A stretch of DNA of 64,000 nucleotides from a virus, in IMG/VR virus record IMGVR_UViG_3300047673_000158, positions 19,412 through 83,411 of that record; one strand, written 5' to 3'. Positions 8,096 through 17,389 of this stretch are shown here, one piece after another. The position numbers and the translations under genes are program-made. Position 1 is the first letter of the stretch, and each line of letters starts with the position of its first letter. Below the pieces are notes generated by a model. The model was not told the DNA's origin. It made no database searches and worked only from the letters and a program-made list of their open reading frames with translations.

Positions 8096-8563
8096 ATGGC
8101 AGGACTGAGCATTTACGCAAAGCTGGTGGCAGCGGCAATCGTGGCGCTGCTGATAGTCGCTTTCGGCTGGCATGAATACAAGGCCGGTGAAACGGCAGGC
8201 ATGGCAGCGGTGCAGCAGAAGTGGGACCGGCAAACGGCTGCTGTGAGCCAGGCAACCACGGTGGCAGTGACGGCAGCGGCGAGCGATGCGCTGGCGAATT
8301 ACAAGGCGGCTGGTGCGAGTGCGCAGCAGGCCGACGAACACAAGGCGCAGCAGGCTGCTGTGCGGGCCGATTTCAAATCACAGGTGCAGGACTATGCGAA
8401 TCATCATGATGGGGCAAACGCCGGGCAAGACGCGACCGGGAATGCTGGCTGCGCTGCTGGGCTTGGCGCTGACGGGCTGCGCATCTGGAACAGCGCCAAT
8501 GCAGCCGCTAACGGTGGTGGTGCCGTCAAGCCATCCGACAGTGCGGCAAGCGTTGCTCAATGA
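8096..8563 (+). CDS. i-spanin (Rz-like)
   Basis: N-terminal TM, Ala-rich coiled coil, C-terminal CxxxLxADGLRIWN. Confidence 0.75.
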   Translation: MAGLSIYAKLVAAAIVALLIVAFGWHEYKAGETAGMAAVQQKWDRQTAAVSQATTVAVTAAASDALANYKAAGASAQQADEHKAQQAAVRADFKSQVQDYANHHDGANAGQDATGNAGCAAGLGADGLRIWNSANAAANGGGAVKPSDSAASVAQ

Positions 8564-8717
8564 TTGCGCGAGCGTTGCGCCTGCTGCTAGTGGTCGCCTG
8601 GTTGACCTGCTATCCAATCACGTGGACGTGGCGCTGGCATTGGCGGATTGTCGGAGAAGTAAGGCTGATCTGGCCGAAGCGCTCAAAGCGCAAAAAGGTA
8701 TTGACATTGTGCCGTGA
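8394..8717 (+). CDS. o-spanin (Rz1-like lipoprotein), overlapping the i-spanin
   Basis: Lipobox LTGC; two further Cys; overlapped architecture. Confidence 0.72.
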   Translation: MRIIMMGQTPGKTRPGMLAALLGLALTGCASGTAPMQPLTVVVPSSHPTVRQALLNDCASVAPAASGRLVDLLSNHVDVALALADCRRSKADLAEALKAQKGIDIVP

Positions 8718-8797
8718 CGTGCCGCTGGCCGTTCGCTATTCGCGAATGGCGAATACACGAACCACGTGAAGCGGCGGCCGTCAAGCGATATGTGTAG

Positions 8798-8871
8798 TTA
8801 TCCATAGGCAGGGCAGGTTATCCACAGCAGAAGCGCACCATGGTGGTGCATTGTGGATAACCTGTGGATAA
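8798..8871. promoter_or_regulatory. Cluster of four DnaA boxes flanking an NtrC-like palindrome
   Basis: TTATCCATA 8798, TTATCCACA 8818, CGCACCA-TGG-TGGTGCA 8834-8850, TGTGGATAA 8852 and 8863. Confidence 0.75.
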
Positions 8872-8873
8872 GT

Positions 8874-8922
8874 GGGTCCTTCCGGGCGGCACTGGCATGC
8901 GGGGGCCAAGCACGCGCGGGGT
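8874..8922 (+). other. cos site (cosQ plus putative cosN), copy A
   Basis: GGGTCCT matches lambda cosQ; TGCG-GGGGCCAAGCACG-CGCGG resembles lambda cosN; upstream of terS. Confidence 0.7.
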
Positions 8923-9025
8923 TGAAATTCTCCGAGCGTTTTTCAAACTCAAACTATCACTATCTGGCATTTGTCAAGTGTTTGAGCGTTAACGATAAAA
9001 GCATTTTTTCGAGATAGTAAACGCC

Positions 9026-9538
9026 ATGGCTGAATCGGCACGGGGAACCGTCGTAAATCGCGCAGGGCTGGCCGAAATCTTCGGCGTGGCGCTAACCACT
9101 ATCGACACCTGGGTGAAGGCCGGCTGCCCCGTTATGCAACGCGGCGGCCGAGGTGTTGAATGGCGCTTCGACACCGCCGCCGTGGCCCGCTGGCGCACCG
9201 ACGACGCCGCCCAGCGCGCGAAGGGCGACGTTCCAGACGATGCCGACAAGCTGGAACTGCGCAAGCTGGCCGCCGAAACGATGGTGGCCGAATTAAAGCT
9301 GGCCACCGCGCGCGGCGAAGTTGCGCCCGTGGCAGAGTTTGAGAAGGCCACCGCACGGTTAATGGCGACGATACGGGCTAACGTGCTGAACGTCGCGCCG
9401 CGCGCCGTCCTGCGCCTTCTAGCAGAAACGGACGAAACAACGTTTAAACGGGTTTTGCGCGAGGAATTGGCGCTGGCGCTTGAGCAATCGGCAGAAGCTC
9501 CGCTGGAACTGGACGAAGACGGGGAATCGGACGAATGA
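9026..9538 (+). CDS. terS: Terminase small subunit (Nu1-like)
   Basis: VNRAGLAEIFGV...WVKAGCP winged HTH; position after cos. Confidence 0.9.
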   Translation: MAESARGTVVNRAGLAEIFGVALTTIDTWVKAGCPVMQRGGRGVEWRFDTAAVARWRTDDAAQRAKGDVPDDADKLELRKLAAETMVAELKLATARGEVAPVAEFEKATARLMATIRANVLNVAPRAVLRLLAETDETTFKRVLREELALALEQSAEAPLELDEDGESDE

Positions 9539-10116
9539 AACGCGGGGAAGCGAAATCGTTAGGGCTAACTCATTATTCGACGGGCAAGCCATGTAAGGCA
9601 GGGCATATTTCAGCGCGGCGGGTTCAAGACGGCGTTTGCTCAATGTGCGCCGTGGAAAATTCAAGGGCTTGGCGCGGAAAGTACCCTGAAAGAAAAAAGG
9701 CAGTATCGCGTGCCGAATACGATAAAAACCGAGAAAAATACTCGGCGCGGCAGCGCCAAGCAAGGGGTGTAATGAAAGAAAATATCGCGCTAAGGCAGCG
9801 CGATTATTACCTTTCAAACAAGGGAAATTTTTACTCTGCTGTGTGGAGACGGCGTGCGGCGAAACTTCGCGCAATACCAGCGTGGTATGGCGAGTTAGAT
9901 AGTCTCGTGATGATCGAAGCGGCTGATTTATGCGCTATTCGACAGCAAACAACGGGAGTTAGTTGGCATGTTGACCACATGGTGCCGCTTCAGGCCAGAA
10001 ACGCATGTGGGCTGCACTGCGCAGAAAACGTGCAAGTAATCCCGGCGAAAATGAACATCGCAAAGCGCAACCATATGCGATTGACGCAGCCGCTTGAATG
10101 GCTGAAGCACATTTGA
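9535..10116 (+). CDS. HNH homing endonuclease (copy A only)
   Basis: WHVDHMVPL...CGLHCAENVQVIPAKMNIAKRN; lower GC. Confidence 0.88.
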   Translation: MKRGEAKSLGLTHYSTGKPCKAGHISARRVQDGVCSMCAVENSRAWRGKYPERKKAVSRAEYDKNREKYSARQRQARGVMKENIALRQRDYYLSNKGNFYSAVWRRRAAKLRAIPAWYGELDSLVMIEAADLCAIRQQTTGVSWHVDHMVPLQARNACGLHCAENVQVIPAKMNIAKRNHMRLTQPLEWLKHI

Positions 10117-10129
10117 GAAAGCCACTTTC

Positions 10130-12163
10130 ATGAACCACCCATTCAGCAACCTGGATGCCGTAGTTGCAGCAGCCAGCCGCGCCGCGCAAAACCTAATTCC
10201 GCCCGCCGAAATGAAGCCCAGCGAGTGGGCGGAAAAGAATATCCGAATCCCAATCGGAAACGCAGTTCCGGGTCCAATCAATTTCGACAATGCGCCATAC
10301 CAAAGGGGCATGATTGATTGCGTAGTTGAGCCTGGCATTAAGCGCGTTACTTTTCAGACCGGCGCGCAATTAGGCAAGACCACTACACAACAATGCATTA
10401 CGGGCTACTTCATCGACCACGACCCGCGTTCGCAGATTTTCGTCATGCCAACGCAGAACGACGTGCAGACATTCCAGCAAACGAAATTGGTTCCAATGTT
10501 GGAAGCCAATCCGCGCATTACGCGAAAGCTGGCAAAGGCGCGCGGACGCGAAGGCGTCAACAATTCGAGAATGATTAGTTTTGTTGGCGGGTTCCTGATG
10601 TTTTCATGGGCAGGCAGCCCGCGCACCCTTCGCGGACGATCTGCGCCGATTACCCAAGCCGATGAAATCGACGGCATGGAAATGATTGAAGGCGAAGGCG
10701 ATCCGCTGGAACTGCTGGACCAGCGCGCGGCCACTTTCGGCGACCTGGCGATTAACACGGCATCAAGCACGCCGACAATCAAGGGAATTTCGAGAATTGA
10801 AAAGCGCTTTCTGGCGGGCGATCAACGGCGTTATTTTGTTCCGTGCCCGGATTGCGACGAGCCGCAATATTTGAAGTGGACGCAGGTTTTTTGGGACGGC
10901 CGCGACGCGCCAGAAGCCGAACAACACCCGCACACCGCGCGCTATGTGTGTGAGCATTGCGGCAGCATGTGGAACGACGGCCAGCGCGTGGCGGCGATTC
11001 GAAACGCAGAGAAAAACGGTGGCGGCTGGAAGGCGGCGAATCCGTTCAAGGGCCACGCGTCATTTCATGCGCCGGAAATGCTTTCGACGTTCCGCAAGCT
11101 GGGCGACATTGTCCAGTCGTATTTGAATAAGCTGGCCGCTGGCGATTTGCAATCTTTCGTCAACGTTTCTTTGGGCGAATGTTTCGAGGAAACCGCCGAA
11201 CAGGCCGACCCGGATTCACTCTGCGCGCGCCGGGAAGTGTACGCGGCGCAGGTGCCAATGCACGGCCTTTATCTGACGTGCGGCGTGGACATGCAAACCG
11301 ACCGGCTGGAAGTCGAAATAGTGGCCTGGGGGCTGTTCGAACAGTCATGGTCTGTCGCTTACCGCGTGCTGTACGGCGATCCGCTATCGGGCGACGTGTG
11401 GAACGACCTGGACGACCTGCTGGCCGAAGAATTCCAGCATGAAAGCGGCGCGCTGCTATCCATCCAGGCAACCACCGTGGACACGGGCGGCACGACGGGT
11501 TACACCCAGGCCGCCTATGAATACATTCGCGCCCGCCGCGCCCGAAAGATATTCGCTATCAAGGGCATTCCGGGCTGGGGTCGCGCCATTGTCGAGAAGC
11601 CGCAGCGCAAGCAATCCGGCAAACACAGCCGGAAAGTCGATTTGTACCAGGTGGGCGTGGACGAAGCGAAGCTGGTTGTTATGCGCCGACTTGCAATGAA
11701 GCGCGAAGGGCCGGGTTATTGCCACTTTCCGGCCGACGAAGACCACGGCGAAGACTATTTCAAGCAATTAACGGCTGAAAAGCTGAAAACCCGCTTCGTG
11801 CGGGGCTTCCCGGTGCGCGAGTGGCACAAGGGCGACAAGGTGCGAAACGAGGCTTTGGACTGCCGCGTGTACGCCATGGCAGCCCTAAAAATCATGAATC
11901 CATCATTGCGCCAGCTTGCAAAACGGCTGATTTTGAACCCGGAAACGCAGACATGGGCGCCCGTGGCCGACAATCCGGCCGAAATCGCGCCGATTCAGCC
12001 CGAAAAGCCACGCCCACTGCCCAAACCGACGCCGAAGCCCGTTAAGGCGGCAGAAAACCCCGCCGTGGCTAAGGAACAAGCGCCCAGCGAAACTAGGCCC
12101 ATTAAACGGGCGAAATCGCTAACCGCAGGCAGGCGCCGTGGGGGATTCGCCACCAACTGGTGA
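10130..12163 (+). CDS. terL: Terminase large subunit (GpA family)
   Basis: GAQLGKT, ADEID, SSTPT, VPCPDC, GVDMQ, NEALDC. Confidence 0.95.
   Translation: MNHPFSNLDAVVAAASRAAQNLIPPAEMKPSEWAEKNIRIPIGNAVPGPINFDNAPYQRGMIDCVVEPGIKRVTFQTGAQLGKTTTQQCITGYFIDHDPRSQIFVMPTQNDVQTFQQTKLVPMLEANPRITRKLAKARGREGVNNSRMISFVGGFLMFSWAGSPRTLRGRSAPITQADEIDGMEMIEGEGDPLELLDQRAATFGDLAINTASSTPTIKGISRIEKRFLAGDQRRYFVPCPDCDEPQYLKWTQVFWDGRDAPEAEQHPHTARYVCEHCGSMWNDGQRVAAIRNAEKNGGGWKAANPFKGHASFHAPEMLSTFRKLGDIVQSYLNKLAAGDLQSFVNVSLGECFEETAEQADPDSLCARREVYAAQVPMHGLYLTCGVDMQTDRLEVEIVAWGLFEQSWSVAYRVLYGDPLSGDVWNDLDDLLAEEFQHESGALLSIQATTVDTGGTTGYTQAAYEYIRARRARKIFAIKGIPGWGRAIVEKPQRKQSGKHSRKVDLYQVGVDEAKLVVMRRLAMKREGPGYCHFPADEDHGEDYFKQLTAEKLKTRFVRGFPVREWHKGDKVRNEALDCRVYAMAALKIMNPSLRQLAKRLILNPETQTWAPVADNPAEIAPIQPEKPRPLPKPTPKPVKAAENPAVAKEQAPSETRPIKRAKSLTAGRRRGGFATNW
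12054..12094 (+). promoter_or_regulatory. Late promoter motif inside the terL 3' end
   Basis: AAAACCCCGCCGTGG-N20-GAAACT. Confidence 0.65.
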
Positions 12164-12167
12164 CGTA

Positions 12168-12698
12168 ATGCAGGGGCAATTTCCGAACAGCATCCGTGCT
12201 GGCGTGACGTTTTCGCGCACCGTGTGCCTGAAACAGTACCAAGCGCCCCTGTGGGCGCTTTCTGTGCTGCTGCGCGGACCAAAGGCTATTGATTTTTCCA
12301 GCGCGCCTTCGGGCAGTGACCACCTTCTGACGGTGGACGCCGCGACCACGGCGACGTGGCCCGCCGGGGATTACGTTTTTTCCATGCGCGCCGTGTCGAG
12401 CGGCACCGTAATGGAAGTCGAATCCGGGCTGGTGACGGTTCAGCCCGACATTGCCGCGATGGCTGACGGCACCGACACCCGCGTGCACGCCCAGCGTGTC
12501 CTGGATGCCGTCGAAGCGGTGCTGGAGAAGCGCGCAACGCAGGATCAAATGCGCTACGCCATCAATAACCGCGAGTTGTGGCGCACGCCCATTGCCGACC
12601 TGATGGCCCTGCGGAATTTCTACAAAAGCGAACTGCGCCGCATGAAGGCCGCCCAGCGTGGCCGCCTGTTTGGCGACCAGGTAAAGGTGATTCTCTAA
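12168..12698 (+). CDS. Head-tail joining/head completion protein (gpW-like C-terminus)
   Basis: Between terL and portal; YAINNREL motif. Confidence 0.7.
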   Translation: MQGQFPNSIRAGVTFSRTVCLKQYQAPLWALSVLLRGPKAIDFSSAPSGSDHLLTVDAATTATWPAGDYVFSMRAVSSGTVMEVESGLVTVQPDIAAMADGTDTRVHAQRVLDAVEAVLEKRATQDQMRYAINNRELWRTPIADLMALRNFYKSELRRMKAAQRGRLFGDQVKVIL

Positions 12699-14278
12699 TG
12701 GGAATGTTCGATTTCATTCGCTCGCGTGGGCTGATGCCCGCCCGCGCCGTCGAAATGCCGTCCACCACGCCACCTTCGCGCCCGGCGCGCGCCCTTCGCG
12801 CTGCTGGCCGCGCGATCCGTTCCGCGATGCAGTTCAATGCTGCGGGCTTTGACCGTTTAAACGCAACATGGACCGGCACGGCGCTGCCCGCTGACTGGAT
12901 CATTACGAGGAACTATCGCCCACTTGTCGCGCGTTCGCGCGAACAGGCGATGAACAACGACTATGCGCGGGCGTTCCTGCGCATGTGTAGCCAGAACATC
13001 GTGGGGCCGAAAGGCATAACCATGAAAGCCGCTTTCCAGAAAGCGGACGGCAGCCACGACGCTGACACCAGCCGGGCGCTGAAGGCCGCATGGGAACAGT
13101 GGGGCCACAAAAGCACGGCTGACGTGGCGGGCAAAAAGTCGTGGCGCGCTATCCAGCGCTTGCTGGTTAAAAGCGCGGTGCAGGACGGTGAATTTTTCCT
13201 GCGCATCGTGACGGGCAAAGACGCCGGAAAGTGGGGTTTCGCGGTGCAGGTGATCGACCCGCTGCGGGTGCCTGTCGATTACAACGTGGACCGCTACAAC
13301 CAAAGCAACTTCATTCGCCACGGCATCGAATTTACCCGCTTCGGCCGCCCGGTGGCCTACCACCTTTCGACGGTGGACGACGGCGAAGCCGAATATGAGT
13401 ATGCGGGCGTCGGTTACACGACCGTACCGGCCGACCAGATGGTGCACGGCTTCCTGGAAGACATGGTGGGCCAGAAGCGCGGACTGCCCTGGATGGCCAC
13501 GGCGCTGTTTCGTATGCGGAATATGGGCGCATTCGAAGACGCGGCAATCATCAACGCCCGTGTCGGCGCGTCAAAAATGGGCTTCGTCCAGTGGAAGGAA
13601 GGGCAGGCGCCTGAATTTGAAGACGGCGACGACCCGACGAGCCTGGAATTCGACGCTGAACCGGGCTCATTCAACGTGCTGCCAGAAGGCGCGGAAATGA
13701 AGGAATGGCTGCCGCAATACCCCAGCGGCGAGTTCCTTCCCGTGTTCAAAACTCTGCTGCGCGGCGCAAGCGCTGGCTTTGGTGTTTCGTATAACAACCT
13801 GGCCAGCGACCTGGAAGGCGTCAATTTTTCGAGTATCCGCCAGGGCACGCTGGACGAACGCGAACACTGGAAAGAGTTGCAGGAATGGCTTATTGAAGAC
13901 GCCATTCAGCCGGTGCAGGAAGCGTGGCTGCGCTATTCGCTGCTGAAAGGGCGAATCAAGGTTAAAGGAAAGCCGCTTTCACCTGCGCTTCTGGACGAAC
14001 TGCAAGGCGCGATTAGCTGGCAGCCGCGCCGCTGGCAGTGGATCGACCCAACGGCCGACGTAGCCGCCGCCGTGGAGTCGAAAAACAACCTGCTAACCAG
14101 CGCCGGGCGAATCATCCGTGAATGGGGCGGCGACCCTGACGAAATCTTTGCAGACATTGCCGCAGACATTAAGGCGATGGAAGCCGCTGGCATTGACGAG
14201 AAATACATTCTGGCATCCATGGGCCAGGCGCTTGCGCCGCCGCCCGTGGCGTCAGAAGGCAGCCACCCGAACAGCTAA
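12698..14278 (+). CDS. Portal protein, lambda family
   Basis: LVARSR..NND, GQKRGLPW, VNFSSIRQG, WIDPTAD. Confidence 0.95.
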   Translation: MGMFDFIRSRGLMPARAVEMPSTTPPSRPARALRAAGRAIRSAMQFNAAGFDRLNATWTGTALPADWIITRNYRPLVARSREQAMNNDYARAFLRMCSQNIVGPKGITMKAAFQKADGSHDADTSRALKAAWEQWGHKSTADVAGKKSWRAIQRLLVKSAVQDGEFFLRIVTGKDAGKWGFAVQVIDPLRVPVDYNVDRYNQSNFIRHGIEFTRFGRPVAYHLSTVDDGEAEYEYAGVGYTTVPADQMVHGFLEDMVGQKRGLPWMATALFRMRNMGAFEDAAIINARVGASKMGFVQWKEGQAPEFEDGDDPTSLEFDAEPGSFNVLPEGAEMKEWLPQYPSGEFLPVFKTLLRGASAGFGVSYNNLASDLEGVNFSSIRQGTLDEREHWKELQEWLIEDAIQPVQEAWLRYSLLKGRIKVKGKPLSPALLDELQGAISWQPRRWQWIDPTADVAAAVESKNNLLTSAGRIIREWGGDPDEIFADIAADIKAMEAAGIDEKYILASMGQALAPPPVASEGSHPNS

Positions 14279-14284
14279 GACACC

Positions 14285-16213
14285 ATGACGACACCGACGA
14301 CAAAAGAGCCGATTTCCCTGCGCGAAATTAACAGCCGTGGCGTGCACCTGCGCACGGCCGAAGTGGGCGCGATTGACGTAGAGGCGCGCACCGTCGAACT
14401 GGCGTTCAGTTCGGAAATCGAAGTGCCGCGCTGGTGGGGCGTTGAGATTCTTTCGCACGCCGAAGGGGCCGCCGACCTGTCGCGCCTGAATAACGGCGGT
14501 GCACTTCTGATGGACCACGACCGCACCGACCAGGTGGGCGTGATCGAGTCCGCGCGAATCGACGGCGACAAGCGCGGCCGGGCTGTCGTTCGTTTCGGGC
14601 GCGGCGTGCGAGCCAGCGAAGTGTTCCAGGACGTTATCGACAAAATCCGCACGCACGTTTCCGTGGGTTACACCATTGACGCGTACATGCTGACCGAGGA
14701 ACGCGAAGGCGAGCCCGTGTACACCGTCACATCCTGGATGCCGATGGAAATTTCTTTCGTGAGCATTCCGGCCGACGATTCCGTGGGCGTAGGGCGTTCG
14801 GCAGAAAACCCCGCCGTGGAAACACCCGTGGCAGCGCCGCAAAATCCAAACGTGCCCGAAAAGGGCAATGAAATCCAGAACGCAAACATTACAGGAATCC
14901 GAAGCATGCCGGAACCGACACAGGAAACGCAAACCATCGACGCCGACGCACAGCGCCGCGCCGGTGCTGATGCCGAGCGCGCCCGCGTTCGGGACATTAT
15001 CGCGGCTGGCACCCAATACGGTGCCGACGAACTGGCACGTGAATTCGTGTCGAACGGCAAAGGCATGGACGAGTTCCGCGCCGCGCTTCTGACGCACGTC
15101 GAACAGCGCCAATCGCGCCCGCTTGCCGAGCAAACGCTGGACGCCAGCGTGGGCCTGTCGGCAGAAGACGCGCGTAAGTTTTCGTTCATGAAGGCAATCC
15201 GCGCACTGGCGAATCCGACCGACCGCAAGGCGCAGAAGGAAGCCGGTTTCGAAATCGAAGCTGGCCGCGCTGCCGCCGAAAAGCTGGGCAAGGAAGCGCA
15301 GGGCATCATGGTGCCGCCTGAAGTGCTGGGCCGCTCACTGATCGAGTCGCGCAATTTCAACGCAGGCCAGAACGGACAGACCGGCGCAGGCAGCACGGGC
15401 GGCGCATCCATCGCCACCGAACTGATGGCGAGCGCGTTTATCGACTTGCTGCGCAACGCAACCACCATCATGCAATTGGGCCGACCGATTGGCGGCCTGG
15501 TCGGCAACGTGGACATTCCGCGCAAAACTGCCCGCTCGCAAGGCTACTGGATCGGTGAAGGCGACGACGCGCCAGAAGGCGAAATGGACCTGGGCCAAAT
15601 CGCACTGTCTCCCAAGACGGTTGCGGCCTATTCGGACATTACCCGCCGCTTGATGATGCAATCGAGCCTGGACGTTGAAGCGCTGGTGCGCGCCGATCTG
15701 GCCGAAGCGCTGGGCCTGGCGATCGACTACGCCGGTTACTACGGTTCGGGCACGGCACACCAGCCGAAGGGCATTTCGAACTACACGGGCATTTCCGCCG
15801 TTCCGTTCGCTGCGGCCAATCCGTCGTATTCGGAAATCGTTTCGATGGAAACCGCGATTGCGTCGAAAAACGCGGCCGTGGCAAACATGGCTTACGTCGT
15901 CAACGCGACCACCAAGGGCGGCGCAAAGACCACGCAGAAATTCCCTGGCACGCCGACCGGCGCCACCCTGTGGGAACAGGGCGACACCATGAACGGCTAC
16001 CAGACGCGCGTGACGAACCAGCTTGCTGGCGATGACGTGTTTTTCGGCAACTTTGCCGACCTGATTATTGCCATGTGGGGCGGCCTTGACCTGACGGTGG
16101 ACACCATGTCCCTGTCGAAGTCGGGCGGAACCCGCATCGTGGTTTTCCAGGATGTCGATTTCGCACTGCGTCGCGTCGAATCGTTCGCTGTCGGTCGCCA
16201 TACCGGCGCGTAA
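14285..16213 (+). CDS. Prohead protease-major capsid protein fusion (HK97 fold)
   Basis: LLMDH, VSVGY, EISFVSIPAD protease motifs followed by a capsid domain; in-frame ATG 14906 with RBS. Confidence 0.93.
   Translation: MTTPTTKEPISLREINSRGVHLRTAEVGAIDVEARTVELAFSSEIEVPRWWGVEILSHAEGAADLSRLNNGGALLMDHDRTDQVGVIESARIDGDKRGRAVVRFGRGVRASEVFQDVIDKIRTHVSVGYTIDAYMLTEEREGEPVYTVTSWMPMEISFVSIPADDSVGVGRSAENPAVETPVAAPQNPNVPEKGNEIQNANITGIRSMPEPTQETQTIDADAQRRAGADAERARVRDIIAAGTQYGADELAREFVSNGKGMDEFRAALLTHVEQRQSRPLAEQTLDASVGLSAEDARKFSFMKAIRALANPTDRKAQKEAGFEIEAGRAAAEKLGKEAQGIMVPPEVLGRSLIESRNFNAGQNGQTGAGSTGGASIATELMASAFIDLLRNATTIMQLGRPIGGLVGNVDIPRKTARSQGYWIGEGDDAPEGEMDLGQIALSPKTVAAYSDITRRLMMQSSLDVEALVRADLAEALGLAIDYAGYYGSGTAHQPKGISNYTGISAVPFAAANPSYSEIVSMETAIASKNAAVANMAYVVNATTKGGAKTTQKFPGTPTGATLWEQGDTMNGYQTRVTNQLAGDDVFFGNFADLIIAMWGGLDLTVDTMSLSKSGGTRIVVFQDVDFALRRVESFAVGRHTGA
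14805..14845 (+). promoter_or_regulatory. Internal late promoter upstream of the capsid domain
   Basis: AAAACCCCGCCGTGG-N20-CAAAAT. Confidence 0.65.
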
Positions 16214-16256
16214 CAGTTAAGGCAGTAAGCGGCATAGGCTGCCGCTACTGAGACAC

Positions 16257-16286
16257 GGAACGGGCAGCGAAGCGCTGCCCGTTTTC
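16257..16286 (+). terminator. Terminator after capsid gene
   Basis: AACGGGCAGCG-AAG-CGCTGCCCGTT followed by TT; same sequence in copy B. Confidence 0.7.
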
Positions 16287-16302
16287 ACATCAAAATGGAG
16301 AA

Positions 16303-16497
16303 TTGAAAGTGGCTTTCGAACGCGGGGAAGTGCTGGAAGTGCTGAAGCCGTTTTTTGTGGACGGCGAAATGGTTATGCCGGGTGATCGGGTGGAATTGCT
16401 GCGCGCCGACGCCATGCACCTGAAATCACGCGGCATGGTGGTGGCAGAAGGCACCCAGCGGGCCGCCAAGTCGCCCGCCAAGGGCAAGGCAGCCTGA
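16303..16497 (+). CDS. Small head-associated protein
   Basis: RBS ggag; conserved at 59890-60084. Confidence 0.6.
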   Translation: MKVAFERGEVLEVLKPFFVDGEMVMPGDRVELLRADAMHLKSRGMVVAEGTQRAAKSPAKGKAA

Positions 16498-16814
16498 TGC
16501 CAGCGCATCCCGCCTGGGACGTTCTGGACGACTTTCTGGACCCGGACGACTTCGCCAGCCAGGCAACAATCACGCTGGGCGACGGCAGCGTGGTAATTGC
16601 CATGGGCGTGCTGGATGAACCGGGGCAGACCATTGGCGTGGGCACGGCCGAAATGGACACCACGCGGCCGATTTTCACGTGCAAGTTTGTGGACGTGGCA
16701 GCCGTTCGGCGCGGCAATTTTGTGGCTATCGAGGGAAAGCCTTACGAAGTCCACAAAAGCCCGCACGCCCTGGGTGACGGCATGGCCCTGCTGTACCTGG
16801 AGCCGTCGTTATGA
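16497..16814 (+). CDS. Head-tail joining protein (gpFII-like)
   Basis: FLDPDDFA...DGMALLYL; synteny. Confidence 0.75.
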   Translation: MPAHPAWDVLDDFLDPDDFASQATITLGDGSVVIAMGVLDEPGQTIGVGTAEMDTTRPIFTCKFVDVAAVRRGNFVAIEGKPYEVHKSPHALGDGMALLYLEPSL

Positions 16815-17389
16815 ACGGCACGCAGTGGATAGGAATAAGTGAAATCGGCTTTGATCGTATCGAAGCCTTCTTGTCGGCAACGCCTAAGCAGGTGGACCAG
16901 GCCATTGCATCAACGTGCGTAAAAATGGCGCGGTGGCTAACCACAAAGTCTGTCCGCGAACTGGCGAGGCATCTGAATTTGCCGCAGAAGGAGGTACGCC
17001 GCCGCCTGCGCACGTTCCGCATGCATGCGGTGGACAAGCGCCGCTATATACGCGTGTGGTACGGGCTGGACCCTATCGGTGCGATCCACCTTGGTGCAAA
17101 GGATCAAAGGGCGCCTGGCGGCGGGGTGGCAGCCTACGGCGGGCGTTTTTTTAAGGGCGCCTTTATCGCCAAGGGCCGGGCAGGCAACGGCAACGCGTCG
17201 GAGTCAAACCGGCAAGTGTTCGAACGCGTGGGACGCGCCCGGCTGAAAATCAAAAAAGTTACGGTGGCGCTATCCGACCCGGCGCAAACCTACATTGAAG
17301 ACCACCTGCTAGGCGGCCACGCCTTCACAGACCAGTTTTACAAAACATTCGAACATGAACTGACATGGCGACAGCAACGCTCCCAATAG
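16811..17389 (+). CDS. Minor tail protein (gpZ-like)
   Basis: Basic; AFIA...VFER.GRARL motif; synteny. Confidence 0.72.
   Translation: MNGTQWIGISEIGFDRIEAFLSATPKQVDQAIASTCVKMARWLTTKSVRELARHLNLPQKEVRRRLRTFRMHAVDKRRYIRVWYGLDPIGAIHLGAKDQRAPGGGVAAYGGRFFKGAFIAKGRAGNGNASESNRQVFERVGRARLKIKKVTVALSDPAQTYIEDHLLGGHAFTDQFYKTFEHELTWRQQRSQ

Noticed and set aside
8969-9000. IHF site in the cosB region (TTGTCAAGTG...GTTAACGA conserved in both copies)
   Set aside because: Only a partial match to WATCAANNNNTTR in either copy; conserved but not assignable
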